64,000 bases of DNA from Minisyncoccota bacterium. GTDB lineage: Bacteria; Patescibacteriota; Minisyncoccia; Phycocordibacterales; UBA2100. Below, piece after piece: positions 54,265 to 63,783 of the stretch; position 1 is the stretch's first letter; each line of letters starts with the position of its first letter. The notes under the pieces are model-generated. The model was not told the origin of the DNA, did no database searches, and saw nothing but the letters and a program-made list of their open reading frames with translations. The position numbers were made by a program, and so were the translations under genes. The DNA is taken from contig DATJXE010000003.1 in the NCBI GenBank assembly GCA_035500505.1, positions 201,697 through 265,696 on the forward strand, given 5' to 3'.

Positions 54265-57072
54265 ATGCCTCCGTCCACGATGGAGCGGCAGCGCGCGGCC
54301 GCTTTGGAGAAATTCAAGTCCCCAGAGGAGGAATTGCAGTATTTGCGCGAAAAAGTGGCTGAAAAGGAGCGCGAATTGGAAGCGGCACCCAATCGTTTTG
54401 AAAAAGACAGGATAGCCAAGCGGGAAATAGCAGAATACGCGGACACGCCGGCGACGACCATTTTGCATGAGGCGGTCGTCATGCCCGAGCACGAGATCTT
54501 GCGCAACGTTCTCCATCTCGAACCCGAAGCACACGACGGGCAGATTGACGGGTTGCTACAGATCGTGCAGGAAAAAGGCATCCGTAACGCGCTTTCCGTC
54601 GTCGCGCGGATGAAGAATCCTCATCTTGAAGATGATCTCCATCGCGTGCTCGTGCGATATCTCGCCGAAGGATTGCCGGACAAGGGTTTTGGGATACCGG
54701 AGAAAGTGAAGCGCGCGCTCCATCTCGCGCTTTTTGAAATAGAACCACAGGCGCACGGCGAGGGGACCAAAGAAGAAGCCCGCCAACAGAAATTAGAGTT
54801 GCTGCTCTCGTCGTCGGAGCAGCTGTACGCCGGGCTCATGTCGCTCATCGCGGAAGACGAGGGATTTTCGCTCGAGATAGCGGTGCCGGAGGGCAGCGAA
54901 GAGGCGACGCTCTACCTCGCAGTGCCGGGAGAGAAAAAAACGCTCGCAGAGCGGCTGATATCGTCGGTCTTCCCAAACGCGCGCATCAGCGAGCAGCGCG
55001 GCGACTACAACATCTTTAATTACGAAGGCGCTCACGCGGCCGCATACGCAACACTTGCCGAGCACCCCGCCTATCCGCTGAAAACGCCGGATCTGTTCGA
55101 ACACGACCCGATGAACGTGCTCCTTGCCGCGTTCGCCAAGATCGCCAAGCATGGCGAGGGCGCCGCAGCGCAGATAGTCGTCGGTACCGAAGGCGACCGC
55201 TACAACCGTCACTACAAGAAGATGGTCGAGGAGCTCGGCAAGGGCAAGACGCTCCACGAGGCACTCAGCGTTGCGGAAACAACGCTCGGGCAAGTGACGC
55301 ACGAAACATTCAAGTCGATCTTTTTGCCAAAATCACAGGAAGAGAAAGAAAAAGAAATGCGCCGTAGTGCGGACCAGGTCGCATCTGAAGAGATCGGGCG
55401 AAAGATAAAATCACGCATCGCGCCAACGGTGGTACGCCTTGTCGCATCTGCGCCGACGAAACAGCGCGCGGACGATATTCTCTCAAACCTTATCGCCCCC
55501 TTCAGCCAGTATGACGACCCCAAAGGTAACCGCCTTGTTTTCAAGAAAGTCGGCAGCTGGAGCCTTGCACAGTTCTTGCGGGAGTTCACCTATCGGGAAT
55601 TCGAGGCATCCTACGCGATGCCGCTCTCGCTCGGAGAGATCACTTCAATGTTCCACTTCACCGCCGAACGCGTAACGACCTCGCGTGAGCTCAAGCGCAG
55701 CTTCGCCAAACAGGCTCCGGCGCCCGTCGAGATGTCGCAAGAAGGCATCACGATAGGGGTGAATCGTTACGGCGCGACCGAAACCAGCGTGAAATTCGCG
55801 CCCCAAGACAGGCTTCGCCACGCGTACGTCATCGGTCAGACCGGCACCGGCAAGACGGGGCTCATAAAGAACATGATATTGCAGGATATAAAAAACGGCG
55901 ACGGCGTCGCGTTCATCGATCCGCACGGCAACGACATCGAAGATGTGCTCGCGAGCATTCCGCCCGAGCGCGCGGGCGATGTCATCTACTTCGACCCTGC
56001 CTACACCGCACGGCCGATGGGGCTCAACATGCTTGAGTACGACAGGAATCGTCCCGAGATGAAAACGTTCGTCGTGGACGAAGTGTACGGCATCTTTCGC
56101 AAACTTTACGCGGACGTGCCGGAAGCGTTCGGTCCCATGTTCGAGCAGTACTACCGCAATGCGGTGCAGCTCGTCGTCGAGGATCCCGATTCAGGCTCGA
56201 CGTTCGTCGAGATCCCTCGCGTATTCGCCGACCCGCAGTTCCGCAATTTGAAACTTTCGCGCTGCAACAACCCCATCATCGTGCAATTCTGGCGCAAGAT
56301 CGCGGAGCAAGCGCAAGGCGACCCATCGCTTGAGAACGTCGCGCCTTACATCACGAGCAAGTTCGACGTTTTCCTCACCAACGACATCATGCGGCCCATC
56401 ATCGCGCAGGAGCATTCCGCGTTCAATTTCCGCGAGATCCTCGACAAGAAAAAGATATTCCTCGCCAACCTTTCCAAAGGCCGCCTCGGCGACCGCAATA
56501 CGGCGCTCCTCGGGCTCGTCTTGGTCTCGAAATTCCTGCAAGCCGCATTCTCTCGTGTCGATACACGCGGCGAACTCCCGACGTTCTACCTCTACATCGA
56601 CGAATTCCAGAACTTCGCCACGCCTTCGATCGCGACGATCCTTTCGGAAGCTCGAAAATACAAGTTGTCGCTCACGGTCGCGCACCAGTTCATCGCGCAG
56701 CTCGAGGAGAACATCCGCGACGCGGTCATCGGCAACGTTGGTACGAAAATAGCGATGCGTATCGGCACGAGTGACGCGGAATTTCTCGAAAAGCAGTTCG
56801 CACCGACCTTCAACGCGCAGGACCTTGAGAATCTGCCCAACAGGACCGGTGTCGCGGCAATGCTCGTCAACGGCGCGCCGGCGCGCCCGTTCACCATCCA
56901 GACGGTCACTCTGCCGCAGTTCGATTATTCGTGCGTAGACGCTCTGAAGCAGCTCTCCTACACCACTTATGGCAAGCCGCGCGAAGAAATAGAAGAGGAA
57001 GTCCGGCGCAAGTTCGCCATGCCCTCGCGCCCGGCCACCGCTCAAAATTTGGACTCGGCTCAGCCACAATGA
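54265..57072 (+). CDS. Large P-loop NTPase, TraD/VirD4/HerA-like AAA-like C-terminal domain with long novel N-terminal region
   Basis: Walker A 'VIGQTGTGKTG', Walker B 'FYLYIDEFQNFA', 'LTVAHQF'. The N-terminal ~500 aa are unassigned. Confidence 0.5.
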   Translation: MPPSTMERQRAAALEKFKSPEEELQYLREKVAEKERELEAAPNRFEKDRIAKREIAEYADTPATTILHEAVVMPEHEILRNVLHLEPEAHDGQIDGLLQIVQEKGIRNALSVVARMKNPHLEDDLHRVLVRYLAEGLPDKGFGIPEKVKRALHLALFEIEPQAHGEGTKEEARQQKLELLLSSSEQLYAGLMSLIAEDEGFSLEIAVPEGSEEATLYLAVPGEKKTLAERLISSVFPNARISEQRGDYNIFNYEGAHAAAYATLAEHPAYPLKTPDLFEHDPMNVLLAAFAKIAKHGEGAAAQIVVGTEGDRYNRHYKKMVEELGKGKTLHEALSVAETTLGQVTHETFKSIFLPKSQEEKEKEMRRSADQVASEEIGRKIKSRIAPTVVRLVASAPTKQRADDILSNLIAPFSQYDDPKGNRLVFKKVGSWSLAQFLREFTYREFEASYAMPLSLGEITSMFHFTAERVTTSRELKRSFAKQAPAPVEMSQEGITIGVNRYGATETSVKFAPQDRLRHAYVIGQTGTGKTGLIKNMILQDIKNGDGVAFIDPHGNDIEDVLASIPPERAGDVIYFDPAYTARPMGLNMLEYDRNRPEMKTFVVDEVYGIFRKLYADVPEAFGPMFEQYYRNAVQLVVEDPDSGSTFVEIPRVFADPQFRNLKLSRCNNPIIVQFWRKIAEQAQGDPSLENVAPYITSKFDVFLTNDIMRPIIAQEHSAFNFREILDKKKIFLANLSKGRLGDRNTALLGLVLVSKFLQAAFSRVDTRGELPTFYLYIDEFQNFATPSIATILSEARKYKLSLTVAHQFIAQLEENIRDAVIGNVGTKIAMRIGTSDAEFLEKQFAPTFNAQDLENLPNRTGVAAMLVNGAPARPFTIQTVTLPQFDYSCVDALKQLSYTTYGKPREEIEEEVRRKFAMPSRPATAQNLDSAQPQ

Positions 57073-57524
57073 CTATGAAATGGGGTCGGGCAGTTTGGAT
57101 GGCGCTTTTGACCATAGTTCTGATGGCCCTTACTCCGGTCGTTGTAGGCTCACTTAGTTCGCGACCTGGCCCTGCATTGGAATTCATTCTTTCTCTGGCT
57201 ATCGCCGGAGTAGTACTTCCGCTCATATTCGCCTGGTGTTACTTCAAAATCACCGATGTCGTTCCGACACTAACGCATGGAATTTATCTTGGATTGTTGA
57301 TATTTCTCATACCATTAATTTTGATATTGGTAGGGTGGACCCTCTTCCCGATCGCGCTCGGCGCTCCACCGATCATTGGTGTCGCATTCGTTGTCGGTAT
57401 CATTACGGGGGGAGACAGCGTACTCCAAATGACAATACTCATTGCAGCGGCTCCTTATTTTTTAGGGCTACTTGTGGCGGCTCTCACGGGTTTCAGTATG
57501 GGCAGAAAACGCGGCCGTAATTGA
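57069..57524 (+). CDS. 4-TM membrane protein translationally coupled (ATGA) to the ATPase
   Basis: AT-rich. 'AVWMALLTIVLMALTPVVVG' and three further helices. Confidence 0.45.
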   Translation: MTMKWGRAVWMALLTIVLMALTPVVVGSLSSRPGPALEFILSLAIAGVVLPLIFAWCYFKITDVVPTLTHGIYLGLLIFLIPLILILVGWTLFPIALGAPPIIGVAFVVGIITGGDSVLQMTILIAAAPYFLGLLVAALTGFSMGRKRGRN

Positions 57525-57545
57525 GTTTGTGTTATAGTTCCAAAA

Positions 57546-57938
57546 ATGAGGACGGTATCGTCGATCGTGTGTAGCGCGTTGCTGTTGATGCCCGGTTTTG
57601 CCCTTGCGGACAGCGCAATTCCGGTCGAACCGACGCCTCTCCAGCTTGCGACCAGGGTCGCCACAGTCGAGGCACAAGTGGCCGCCATGCAAGGTGGTCA
57701 GTCGCTCGCGTGCGCAATGCTCTTCAGCACCTCAAGCGTTCCTGTCGGGCAAGAGGTCATACTGGCTTGGGGTTCTGTGGGCGCCGTCGAGCAAACAACC
57801 GACACGTTGAACACGCGGCCGACGAACGGTGCCGTGACACTTCTGTTCTCGCAAGCGGGGACCTGGACCTATTCATTCAAGTTTTATGACGCGAGCAGCA
57901 ACAGCGTCACTTGCAAGGCGCAGATAAAAGTCCAGTAA
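57546..57938 (+). CDS. Hypothetical secreted protein
   Basis: Signal 'MRTVSSIVCSALLLMPGFALA'. Confidence 0.4.
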   Translation: MRTVSSIVCSALLLMPGFALADSAIPVEPTPLQLATRVATVEAQVAAMQGGQSLACAMLFSTSSVPVGQEVILAWGSVGAVEQTTDTLNTRPTNGAVTLLFSQAGTWTYSFKFYDASSNSVTCKAQIKVQ

Positions 57939-58073
57939 ATGCAGGTAATCGTTATCGAGGGAGGGATGGAACTGTTCTAAAATAAAGATAAAATCCAGCA
58001 AAAGAATGAGGCTGGGCATATATGCGCGTTCCTGTTTGAATCCCCGTTCAGAGGGTCATGATATATTTCCATC

Positions 58074-58322
58074 ATGGTGAAACGAAAAGAAAATAACTTC
58101 GATACGCTTGCCCGGCTCATCAAGGAGGAGGGAGAAGACATCCGTATTGAACTCGGCGGTAAGATTGATGGGGTCGACAAAGGCTTAAGTGCACTGGAGA
58201 AGAAAATGGACGAGGGGTTCACGGCAGTAAACCGTCGCTTAGATACCATCATCCAGGTGCAGCTCGACGAGCACGGACATCGCCTGAAAAAACTCGAAAC
58301 AGCGGTGTTTTCGGGCAAGTAA
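58074..58322 (+). CDS. Hypothetical coiled-coil protein
   Basis: 82 aa, charged and heptad-like. Confidence 0.3.
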   Translation: MVKRKENNFDTLARLIKEEGEDIRIELGGKIDGVDKGLSALEKKMDEGFTAVNRRLDTIIQVQLDEHGHRLKKLETAVFSGK

Positions 58323-58351
58323 TAGCAGCTGCGAAGAAATGTGCTAGAGTA

Positions 58352-58963
58352 GTGCTCATGCAACACCCATCCAAAGAACGCACGCTCGTATTACTGAAGC
58401 CCGACGCCATCCAGCGCGCACTCATGGGCGAGATCATCACTCGCTACGAACGTTTGGGGTTGAAACTCGTCGGCCTGAAAATGATAGTGCCAACCGAAGA
58501 ACAGGTCGAAGGACATTACACGCTCGACCCCAACTGGCGCCGCGTAACCGGCGAGAAGACCATTAAAGGCTATCGCGACAGAGGCCTCACGCCGCCTTCG
58601 GAGGACCCGCTCGAGATCACCGCGAAGATATTGAAGGGTCTCAAAAAGTACCTCACCGCAGGTCCCGTTATCGCGATGGTGTGGGAAGGAGCACATGCGG
58701 TGGAGCTCGTCAGGAAGATCACGGGCGGTACCGAGCCGCGTGGCGCGGCGGTAGGCACCATCCGAGGCGATTTCGTCCTCGATTCATACGTTATGTCTGA
58801 CAACGACGATCGCGCGGTACGCAACCTGATACATGCCTCCGGTTCCGTCGACGAAGCAAAAATGGAGATCCCGCATTGGTTCAAGAAGGAGGAACTCATC
58901 GACTACAAAGTGAAACACGAGGATATTATTTACGCGAAAGAACTTGAAGGCATCTTCGAGTGA
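58352..58963 (+). CDS. ndk: Nucleoside diphosphate kinase (with ~50-aa insertion)
   Basis: 'ERTLVLLKPDAIQRALMGEIITRYERLGLKLVGLKM', 'GTIRGDF', 'NLIHASGSVDEAKMEIPHWF'. Confidence 0.75.
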   Translation: MLMQHPSKERTLVLLKPDAIQRALMGEIITRYERLGLKLVGLKMIVPTEEQVEGHYTLDPNWRRVTGEKTIKGYRDRGLTPPSEDPLEITAKILKGLKKYLTAGPVIAMVWEGAHAVELVRKITGGTEPRGAAVGTIRGDFVLDSYVMSDNDDRAVRNLIHASGSVDEAKMEIPHWFKKEELIDYKVKHEDIIYAKELEGIFE

Positions 58964-59247
58964 GTATGCAGTACCTGCACCAGTCGACCTACGGCCATGC
59001 AGGAGGACTTCACATCGCAAAGCCCATCATGGCGATGGACAAGGGGCATATCTACGACATTAAGGACGGACGTCCCGATCTTTCGAAGCCCCTGTATCGT
59101 GTGCAGGAAGGGAAGGCGTATGCGACCGAGCACCATCCAAGCGGCCCCTCGGTGCATGCGATGTTCGAGATAAAAGGCGACAAAGTGCACACGACGCAAT
59201 TCCACCCCGCACACAACCCTTCTTCGCACGTCTTTGAAATTAAGTAG
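58960..59247 (+). CDS. Hypothetical His-rich small protein
   Basis: 95-aa ORF (GTG/ATG start). Weak support. Confidence 0.25.
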   Translation: MSMQYLHQSTYGHAGGLHIAKPIMAMDKGHIYDIKDGRPDLSKPLYRVQEGKAYATEHHPSGPSVHAMFEIKGDKVHTTQFHPAHNPSSHVFEIK

Positions 59248-59249
59248 GA

Positions 59250-59388
59250 GGCAGAGGTGCGGGTGTGTTGTTTCTCGAACTCCTTACTCATCTCGGCTTC
59301 AACGCATATCACCACTGCAAAAAATACCCTCGGTAATCCGAACGTGTCGCGCGCGATGTTCGCTAAACAACACACCCGCACCTCTGCC
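59250..59388. repeat. Perfect 24-bp inverted repeat (arms 59250-59273, 59365-59388; 91-nt spacer)
   Basis: ggcagaggtgcgggtgtgttgttt / aaacaacacacccgcacctctgcc. Starts 3 nt after a stop codon. Its loop shares ATCTCGGCTT with the 38.4-kb IR loop. Confidence 0.85.
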
Positions 59389-59567
59389 GTACACTTCCTA
59401 CTTCCTCTACATGCGTTCTTAATTTTGTGGGTGTATACTTCCATGTAGCGGCTGGTACTTAAACCTGCTTGGTAGAAGTACGGGATTCTCATATTGCTGC
59501 GGACTATTGTTTGCATGCTGCGGAAACCCACCTGGTCTCTAAGCCCAGGCTTGCCGTACCCGCCGCA

Positions 59568-59600
59568 CCAAAAAACCCGCCGATAAGGCGGGTTTTTTGG
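59568..59600. terminator. Bidirectional rho-independent terminator
   Basis: aaaaaacccgcc-gataa-ggcgggtttttt. Confidence 0.75.
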
Positions 59601-59974
59601 TGTACGATACGGCGATGCGAGCATTCACGGCGCAGGCGGTCATATTCATCCTCATCGCTGTTCTCTACTTCTATTTTGGATTTCACGAACGGTATCTTTT
59701 CACGATCTGGTGGTGGGACATCCCGCTGCACATTCTCGGCGGACTTTGGGTCGCGTTGGCCGGCACGTGGTTCTTCGGACTGTTCGGCATACGAGTCCGT
59801 CCCATGCAGGCGATAGCGCTGGCATTTTCTGTGGGAGTCGCGTGGGAACTATTCGAATACCTTTTCGGTATCGGCGGTTCGTTGTTCATGAGCTATCCTG
59901 TCGACACGGCGAAAGACCTCTTCGACGACGTTCTGGGGGGCGCGGTCGGCGCGCTTCTCCTCGGATACCTATGA
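59597..59974 (+). CDS. Hypothetical membrane protein
   Basis: 3-4 TM, Trp-rich ('TIWWWDIPLHILGGLWVALAGTWFF'). Confidence 0.4.
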   Translation: MVYDTAMRAFTAQAVIFILIAVLYFYFGFHERYLFTIWWWDIPLHILGGLWVALAGTWFFGLFGIRVRPMQAIALAFSVGVAWELFEYLFGIGGSLFMSYPVDTAKDLFDDVLGGAVGALLLGYL

Positions 59975-61329
59975 GCGCGCGTATCACGTTCTGTGGCGGC
60001 GCAGGAACGGTGACGGGTGCGAATTTCTTGCTCGATACGGGCGACAAGAAGCTACTGGTGGATTGCGGCGCGCTCGAGCGCGAGCGCGTGTGCGACCCGG
60101 AGAACCTAAAAGCCTTCTCGTACGATCCTGCGTCCGTCGACGCGCTGTTCGTGACGCATGCGCACCAGGACCATATCGGCCGGGTGCCGAAGCTCGTGCG
60201 CGACGGATTTCGCGGCGCCATTTTCTCGACGCCCGCGACGAAAGAGCTGAGTGCGCTCATGTTCGAGGACGCGCTTTCCGTGATGCAGAACGAAAAGGAA
60301 CGGTACGGGTGCGATTTTTTGTATGAGCGACCCGATGTGGAGAGGGCCCTTTCGCTCTGGAAGACCCATGAATATCACGAATCGTTCGCCGTTGGGGACG
60401 CGCAGGTCGGATTCCTCGACGCAGGGCACATTCTCGGTTCGGCAATGGTCAAATTCGAGCGAGGCGGCAGGACAATTCTGTTTACCGGCGACATCGGCAA
60501 CTCTCCCGAACCGCTTTTGCATGACGTCGAGTCGGCGGCAGGTGCCAACTATCTCGTGATGGAAAGTGTGTACGGCGACCGTTCGCACGAAGACCGCGCC
60601 GCGAGACGCGAAATACTAAAGTCCGCTGTCGAAGAGACGCGAGAGAAAAAGGGAACGCTCCTCATCCCGTCATTTTCCATCGAGCGCACGCAAGTGCTCC
60701 TTTTTGAGCTGAAAGAAATGATGGAAAAAAAGGAGGTCCCGCTGACGCCGGTGTACTTGGATGCGCCGCTCGCGATACGGATAACCGAAGTATTCGAAAA
60801 ATATAAAAATGAGCTGAACGCGGCCGCTGCGGCGGAGGGTCGGGCCGGCCGCCCCCTCTTTTCTTTTCCGGAACTCCTCGAAACACCCCGCGTTTCCGAA
60901 TCTCGCGAGATACACGCGATGCCGGACCCGAAGGTCATCATCGCTGGTGCGGGGATGTCGTCCGGCGGAAGGGTCCGGGCGCACGAAAAACGCTACCTTT
61001 CGGAGAAAAACTCGGTCATTCTCTTGGTCGGCTACCAGGCGCCCGGAAGCCTGGGCAGGCGTATCCAGGACGGACAGCACAATGTCGTGATAGACGGGAA
61101 GAATATCCAGGTCCGCGCGCGCGTCATATCGCTCACCGGCTATTCCGGCCACGCGGACAAGGATCAGCTGCTCGCTTTTGCGGAAAGTGCGGGGGATTCC
61201 CTCGAAGAAGCCTTCGTTGTCATGGGAGAACCGAGGGCGTCCGGCTTTCTCGCGCAGCGCATCAAGGACTTTTTGGGCGTCGAGGCGCTCGTCCCGGCCC
61301 TGGGAGATTCGATTTCGATAAATTGGTGA
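59971..61329 (+). CDS. MBL-fold beta-CASP family ribonuclease (RNase J/CPSF-like)
   Basis: 'LFVTHAHQDHIGRVP', 'FLDAGHILGSA', 'GYSGHAD' beta-CASP motif C. ATGA overlap with the upstream stop. Confidence 0.7.
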   Translation: MSARITFCGGAGTVTGANFLLDTGDKKLLVDCGALERERVCDPENLKAFSYDPASVDALFVTHAHQDHIGRVPKLVRDGFRGAIFSTPATKELSALMFEDALSVMQNEKERYGCDFLYERPDVERALSLWKTHEYHESFAVGDAQVGFLDAGHILGSAMVKFERGGRTILFTGDIGNSPEPLLHDVESAAGANYLVMESVYGDRSHEDRAARREILKSAVEETREKKGTLLIPSFSIERTQVLLFELKEMMEKKEVPLTPVYLDAPLAIRITEVFEKYKNELNAAAAAEGRAGRPLFSFPELLETPRVSESREIHAMPDPKVIIAGAGMSSGGRVRAHEKRYLSEKNSVILLVGYQAPGSLGRRIQDGQHNVVIDGKNIQVRARVISLTGYSGHADKDQLLAFAESAGDSLEEAFVVMGEPRASGFLAQRIKDFLGVEALVPALGDSISINW

Positions 61330-61342
61330 TATAATCCTGCGA

Positions 61343-62023
61343 ATGGCGAAGCGAGTACTCCATCCAAATCACAGCGCGGTCCCACAGAATTTTTGCCGTT
61401 TGCCCGACGGGTACGGCATTGTGAAGGTCGCTGTTTCCGGTTCTGCCGACACGACCTATTCGGGTCTGGACGCGTTCGAAAAAGCGAAAGAGCTCGGGCG
61501 GGAGATCGCGAAAGCGGGAGCTATCATCAATACCGGCGCGACGACCGGATTCCCAATGTACGCCGCGATCGGTGCGAAGGACGAATGCGGATTTTCAATA
61601 GGATTTTCTCCGGCTTCCACCGAACGCGAACACCTCGAGACGTACAAGCTCCCGCTCGACTACATGGACGTCGTCGTCTACACGGGTTTTGGGTACTCGG
61701 GCCGCGATCTTCTCCTCGTGCGCTCGTCGGACGCCGTCGTTATCGGACCAGGCCGCATCGGCACCTTAAACGAGTTCGCGGTTGCATTCGAAGACCGCCG
61801 GCCCATCGGTATCTTGGAAGGCGATTGGCACACCGATGAATTCTTGCGGCAGGTCATCGACGCCGCGCACCGCCCCAATGAGAATATCGTCTTCGATCCC
61901 GACCCTAAAAAGCTCATCGATCGTCTCATCGAACTGGCCCAAAAACAGAAAGGGAAGGACCTCGTCTACAATAATCACGACACCTGGAGCGCGACGGGCA
62001 AGAATGCGGAGGTGATTTTGTAA
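61343..62023 (+). CDS. LOG/TIGR00725-like Rossmann-fold protein
   Basis: 'GATTGFPMYAAIGA' and 'GPGRIGTLNEFAV' resemble LOG family 'GGGxGxM' / 'PGGxGTxEE' motifs. Confidence 0.45.
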   Translation: MAKRVLHPNHSAVPQNFCRLPDGYGIVKVAVSGSADTTYSGLDAFEKAKELGREIAKAGAIINTGATTGFPMYAAIGAKDECGFSIGFSPASTEREHLETYKLPLDYMDVVVYTGFGYSGRDLLLVRSSDAVVIGPGRIGTLNEFAVAFEDRRPIGILEGDWHTDEFLRQVIDAAHRPNENIVFDPDPKKLIDRLIELAQKQKGKDLVYNNHDTWSATGKNAEVIL

Positions 62024-62043
62024 ACCGCACTTCGGCAAACAAT

Positions 62044-62616
62044 TCAAAAATCGTATACGAACAACAAATGCTGCCCGTGGGCGCCAACGGTTTCCGTGAG
62101 CGCGATCACGTTCGAAAGTTCCTTGCGAGCGAAGGGGAACGCGCGGGATGCGACGCGGCCCTTGAACTCGCGCTCGAACTTCGGCTGGAGGCGGTACATG
62201 ACCGAATCGAGCAGGTATGCGTACACCTTGTTCGCCTCCGAAAAATCCGTCCTGAAGAAATTCCCCCGACGGAATTCCACGTTGCCTGGATTGCCGGCGC
62301 GATACCTTCGGAAGAGCGCGGCCGCGTGAAGGAGGGGATTGCGTTCGATGCCGACGAATCGCGAACGTGGCGAAAGCGAGGCACACGCAAGGACGAAACG
62401 GCCGTCGCCGCTTCCCAATTCATACACCACATCGCCCGGCCAGACTTCCAGGGCGAGCGCGACGGTCGACGCATACCGAGGCGGCGTCGGTACGAACGGC
62501 ACATCCAAATGTCCGGAGATGACCCACACCAAGATGCGCACCAAAAAGACCGCTATCGCGGCCAAAAGCAAGAGTTGTACGACGAGCAGGACCACTTCAA
62601 GCAAAAGCGCCCCCAT
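62044..62616 (-). CDS. Class I SAM-dependent methyltransferase with N-terminal TM segment
   Basis: 'VVYELGSGDGRFVLA' motif I. Confidence 0.6.
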   Translation of the reverse strand: MGALLLEVVLLVVQLLLLAAIAVFLVRILVWVISGHLDVPFVPTPPRYASTVALALEVWPGDVVYELGSGDGRFVLACASLSPRSRFVGIERNPLLHAAALFRRYRAGNPGNVEFRRGNFFRTDFSEANKVYAYLLDSVMYRLQPKFEREFKGRVASRAFPFARKELSNVIALTETVGAHGQHLLFVYDF

Positions 62617-62633
62617 CCGCCTACTGTAGCATC

Positions 62634-62981
62634 TTAGCGCTTGAGGTGTTGGAGCACCCGGCTGAGAACTTCCGGATGCTTCATCGCAAGCGCGGAAAGC
62701 GACTTTCTGTCGAGCGCCACGCCTGCCTTTTTCAGCGCACTGATCAATTTCGAATAGGAAAGGCCGTTCTCGCGCGCCGCGGCGTTGATGCGCAGCGTGA
62801 AGAGCTGGCGGAATTCGCGCTTCTTTGCCCTTCGGTGGCGGAACGCGTGGGCGCCTGCGTGACGAATGGCTTCCTTGGCGACGCGCTCCTTGCTCTTGCG
62901 GCCGAAACGATAGCCTTTGGTCTGTGCAAGGATGTTCTTGCGACGTTTATTTTTTGAGACCCCACGTTTTACTCGTGCCAT
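62634..62981 (-). CDS. rplT: 50S ribosomal protein L20
   Basis: 'MARVKRGVSKNKRRKNILAQTKGYRFGRKS'. Confidence 0.9.
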   Translation of the reverse strand: MARVKRGVSKNKRRKNILAQTKGYRFGRKSKERVAKEAIRHAGAHAFRHRRAKKREFRQLFTLRINAAARENGLSYSKLISALKKAGVALDRKSLSALAMKHPEVLSRVLQHLKR

Positions 62982-62990
62982 AGAAAAAAG

Positions 62991-63176
62991 TTAGTTCAGA
63001 AAACGGCTCTTTGCGGTGTTGTCGAGCGCCGCGTGGAACGTGCCCGCGCGGTTATGCCGCTGTTTCTCGCTGCCGGAACGCTTGGCGTTGAAATGGTTCT
63101 GGCCCGGCGCCCGCGCGACGATTTTGCCGCGTTTGGTGACACGAAGCCTTTTCATGAACGACTTGTTGGATTTCAT
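62991..63176 (-). CDS. rpmI: 50S ribosomal protein L35
   Basis: 61 aa, 'MKRLRVTKRGKIVARAPGQNHF'. Confidence 0.85.
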   Translation of the reverse strand: MKSNKSFMKRLRVTKRGKIVARAPGQNHFNAKRSGSEKQRHNRAGTFHAALDNTAKSRFLN

Positions 63177-63783
63177 ATGGTTTTTTCTTCTTGAGAAGCG
63201 ACCTCTGCCTTTTGAGGGCGGTTTCCGCCAGATGCGCGGGCTCCGGACCCATCAGCCTTGGGCTGGGATCGGCCCTGGGCCGACTTCGAGGTATCCTTCT
63301 CGAGAACGACCGAGAGGCCTTTGGGGCTCATCTTGATCTCGTCGGCGATTTTATACGATTCCGGGATGATTGCAAGGAAGCGTTCGAGCCGCTCCTTGAG
63401 GAAAGCGAACTCCATGTACTTGTAGCGGCCCCACAAAAAGAGGTCGACCTTGACCCGGTGGCCCTCGCGCAGCCACGCCGCTATCTTCGAGGCTTTGATG
63501 TTCATGTCGTTCGCCGAGGTACCTATCTTCACCTGCGCCTCTTTCGTCTCGGTGACCTTCGCCCGCTGCTTTACTTCCTTGTCTTTTTTCTTCTGCTCGT
63601 ACTTGAACTTGCCGTAATCAGTGATCTTGCACACGGGAGGATTAGCGTTGGGCGATATCTCGATGAGATCGAGACCAAGTTCACGCGCTTTCGCGAGCGC
63701 CTCGGCTATCGCGACAACCCCGAAGTTCTCGCCTTCGGGCCCCAGGAGCCGCACCTCTTTGGCTCGTATGCCCTCATTCATGC
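63173..63783 (-). CDS. infC: Translation initiation factor IF-3 (with Gly/Ser/Ala-rich C-terminal extension)
   Basis: 'IRAKEVRLLGPEGENFGVV', 'PPVCKITDYGKFKYEQKKK'. C-terminal tail '...GSGARASGGNRPQKAEVASQEEKTI'. Confidence 0.85.
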
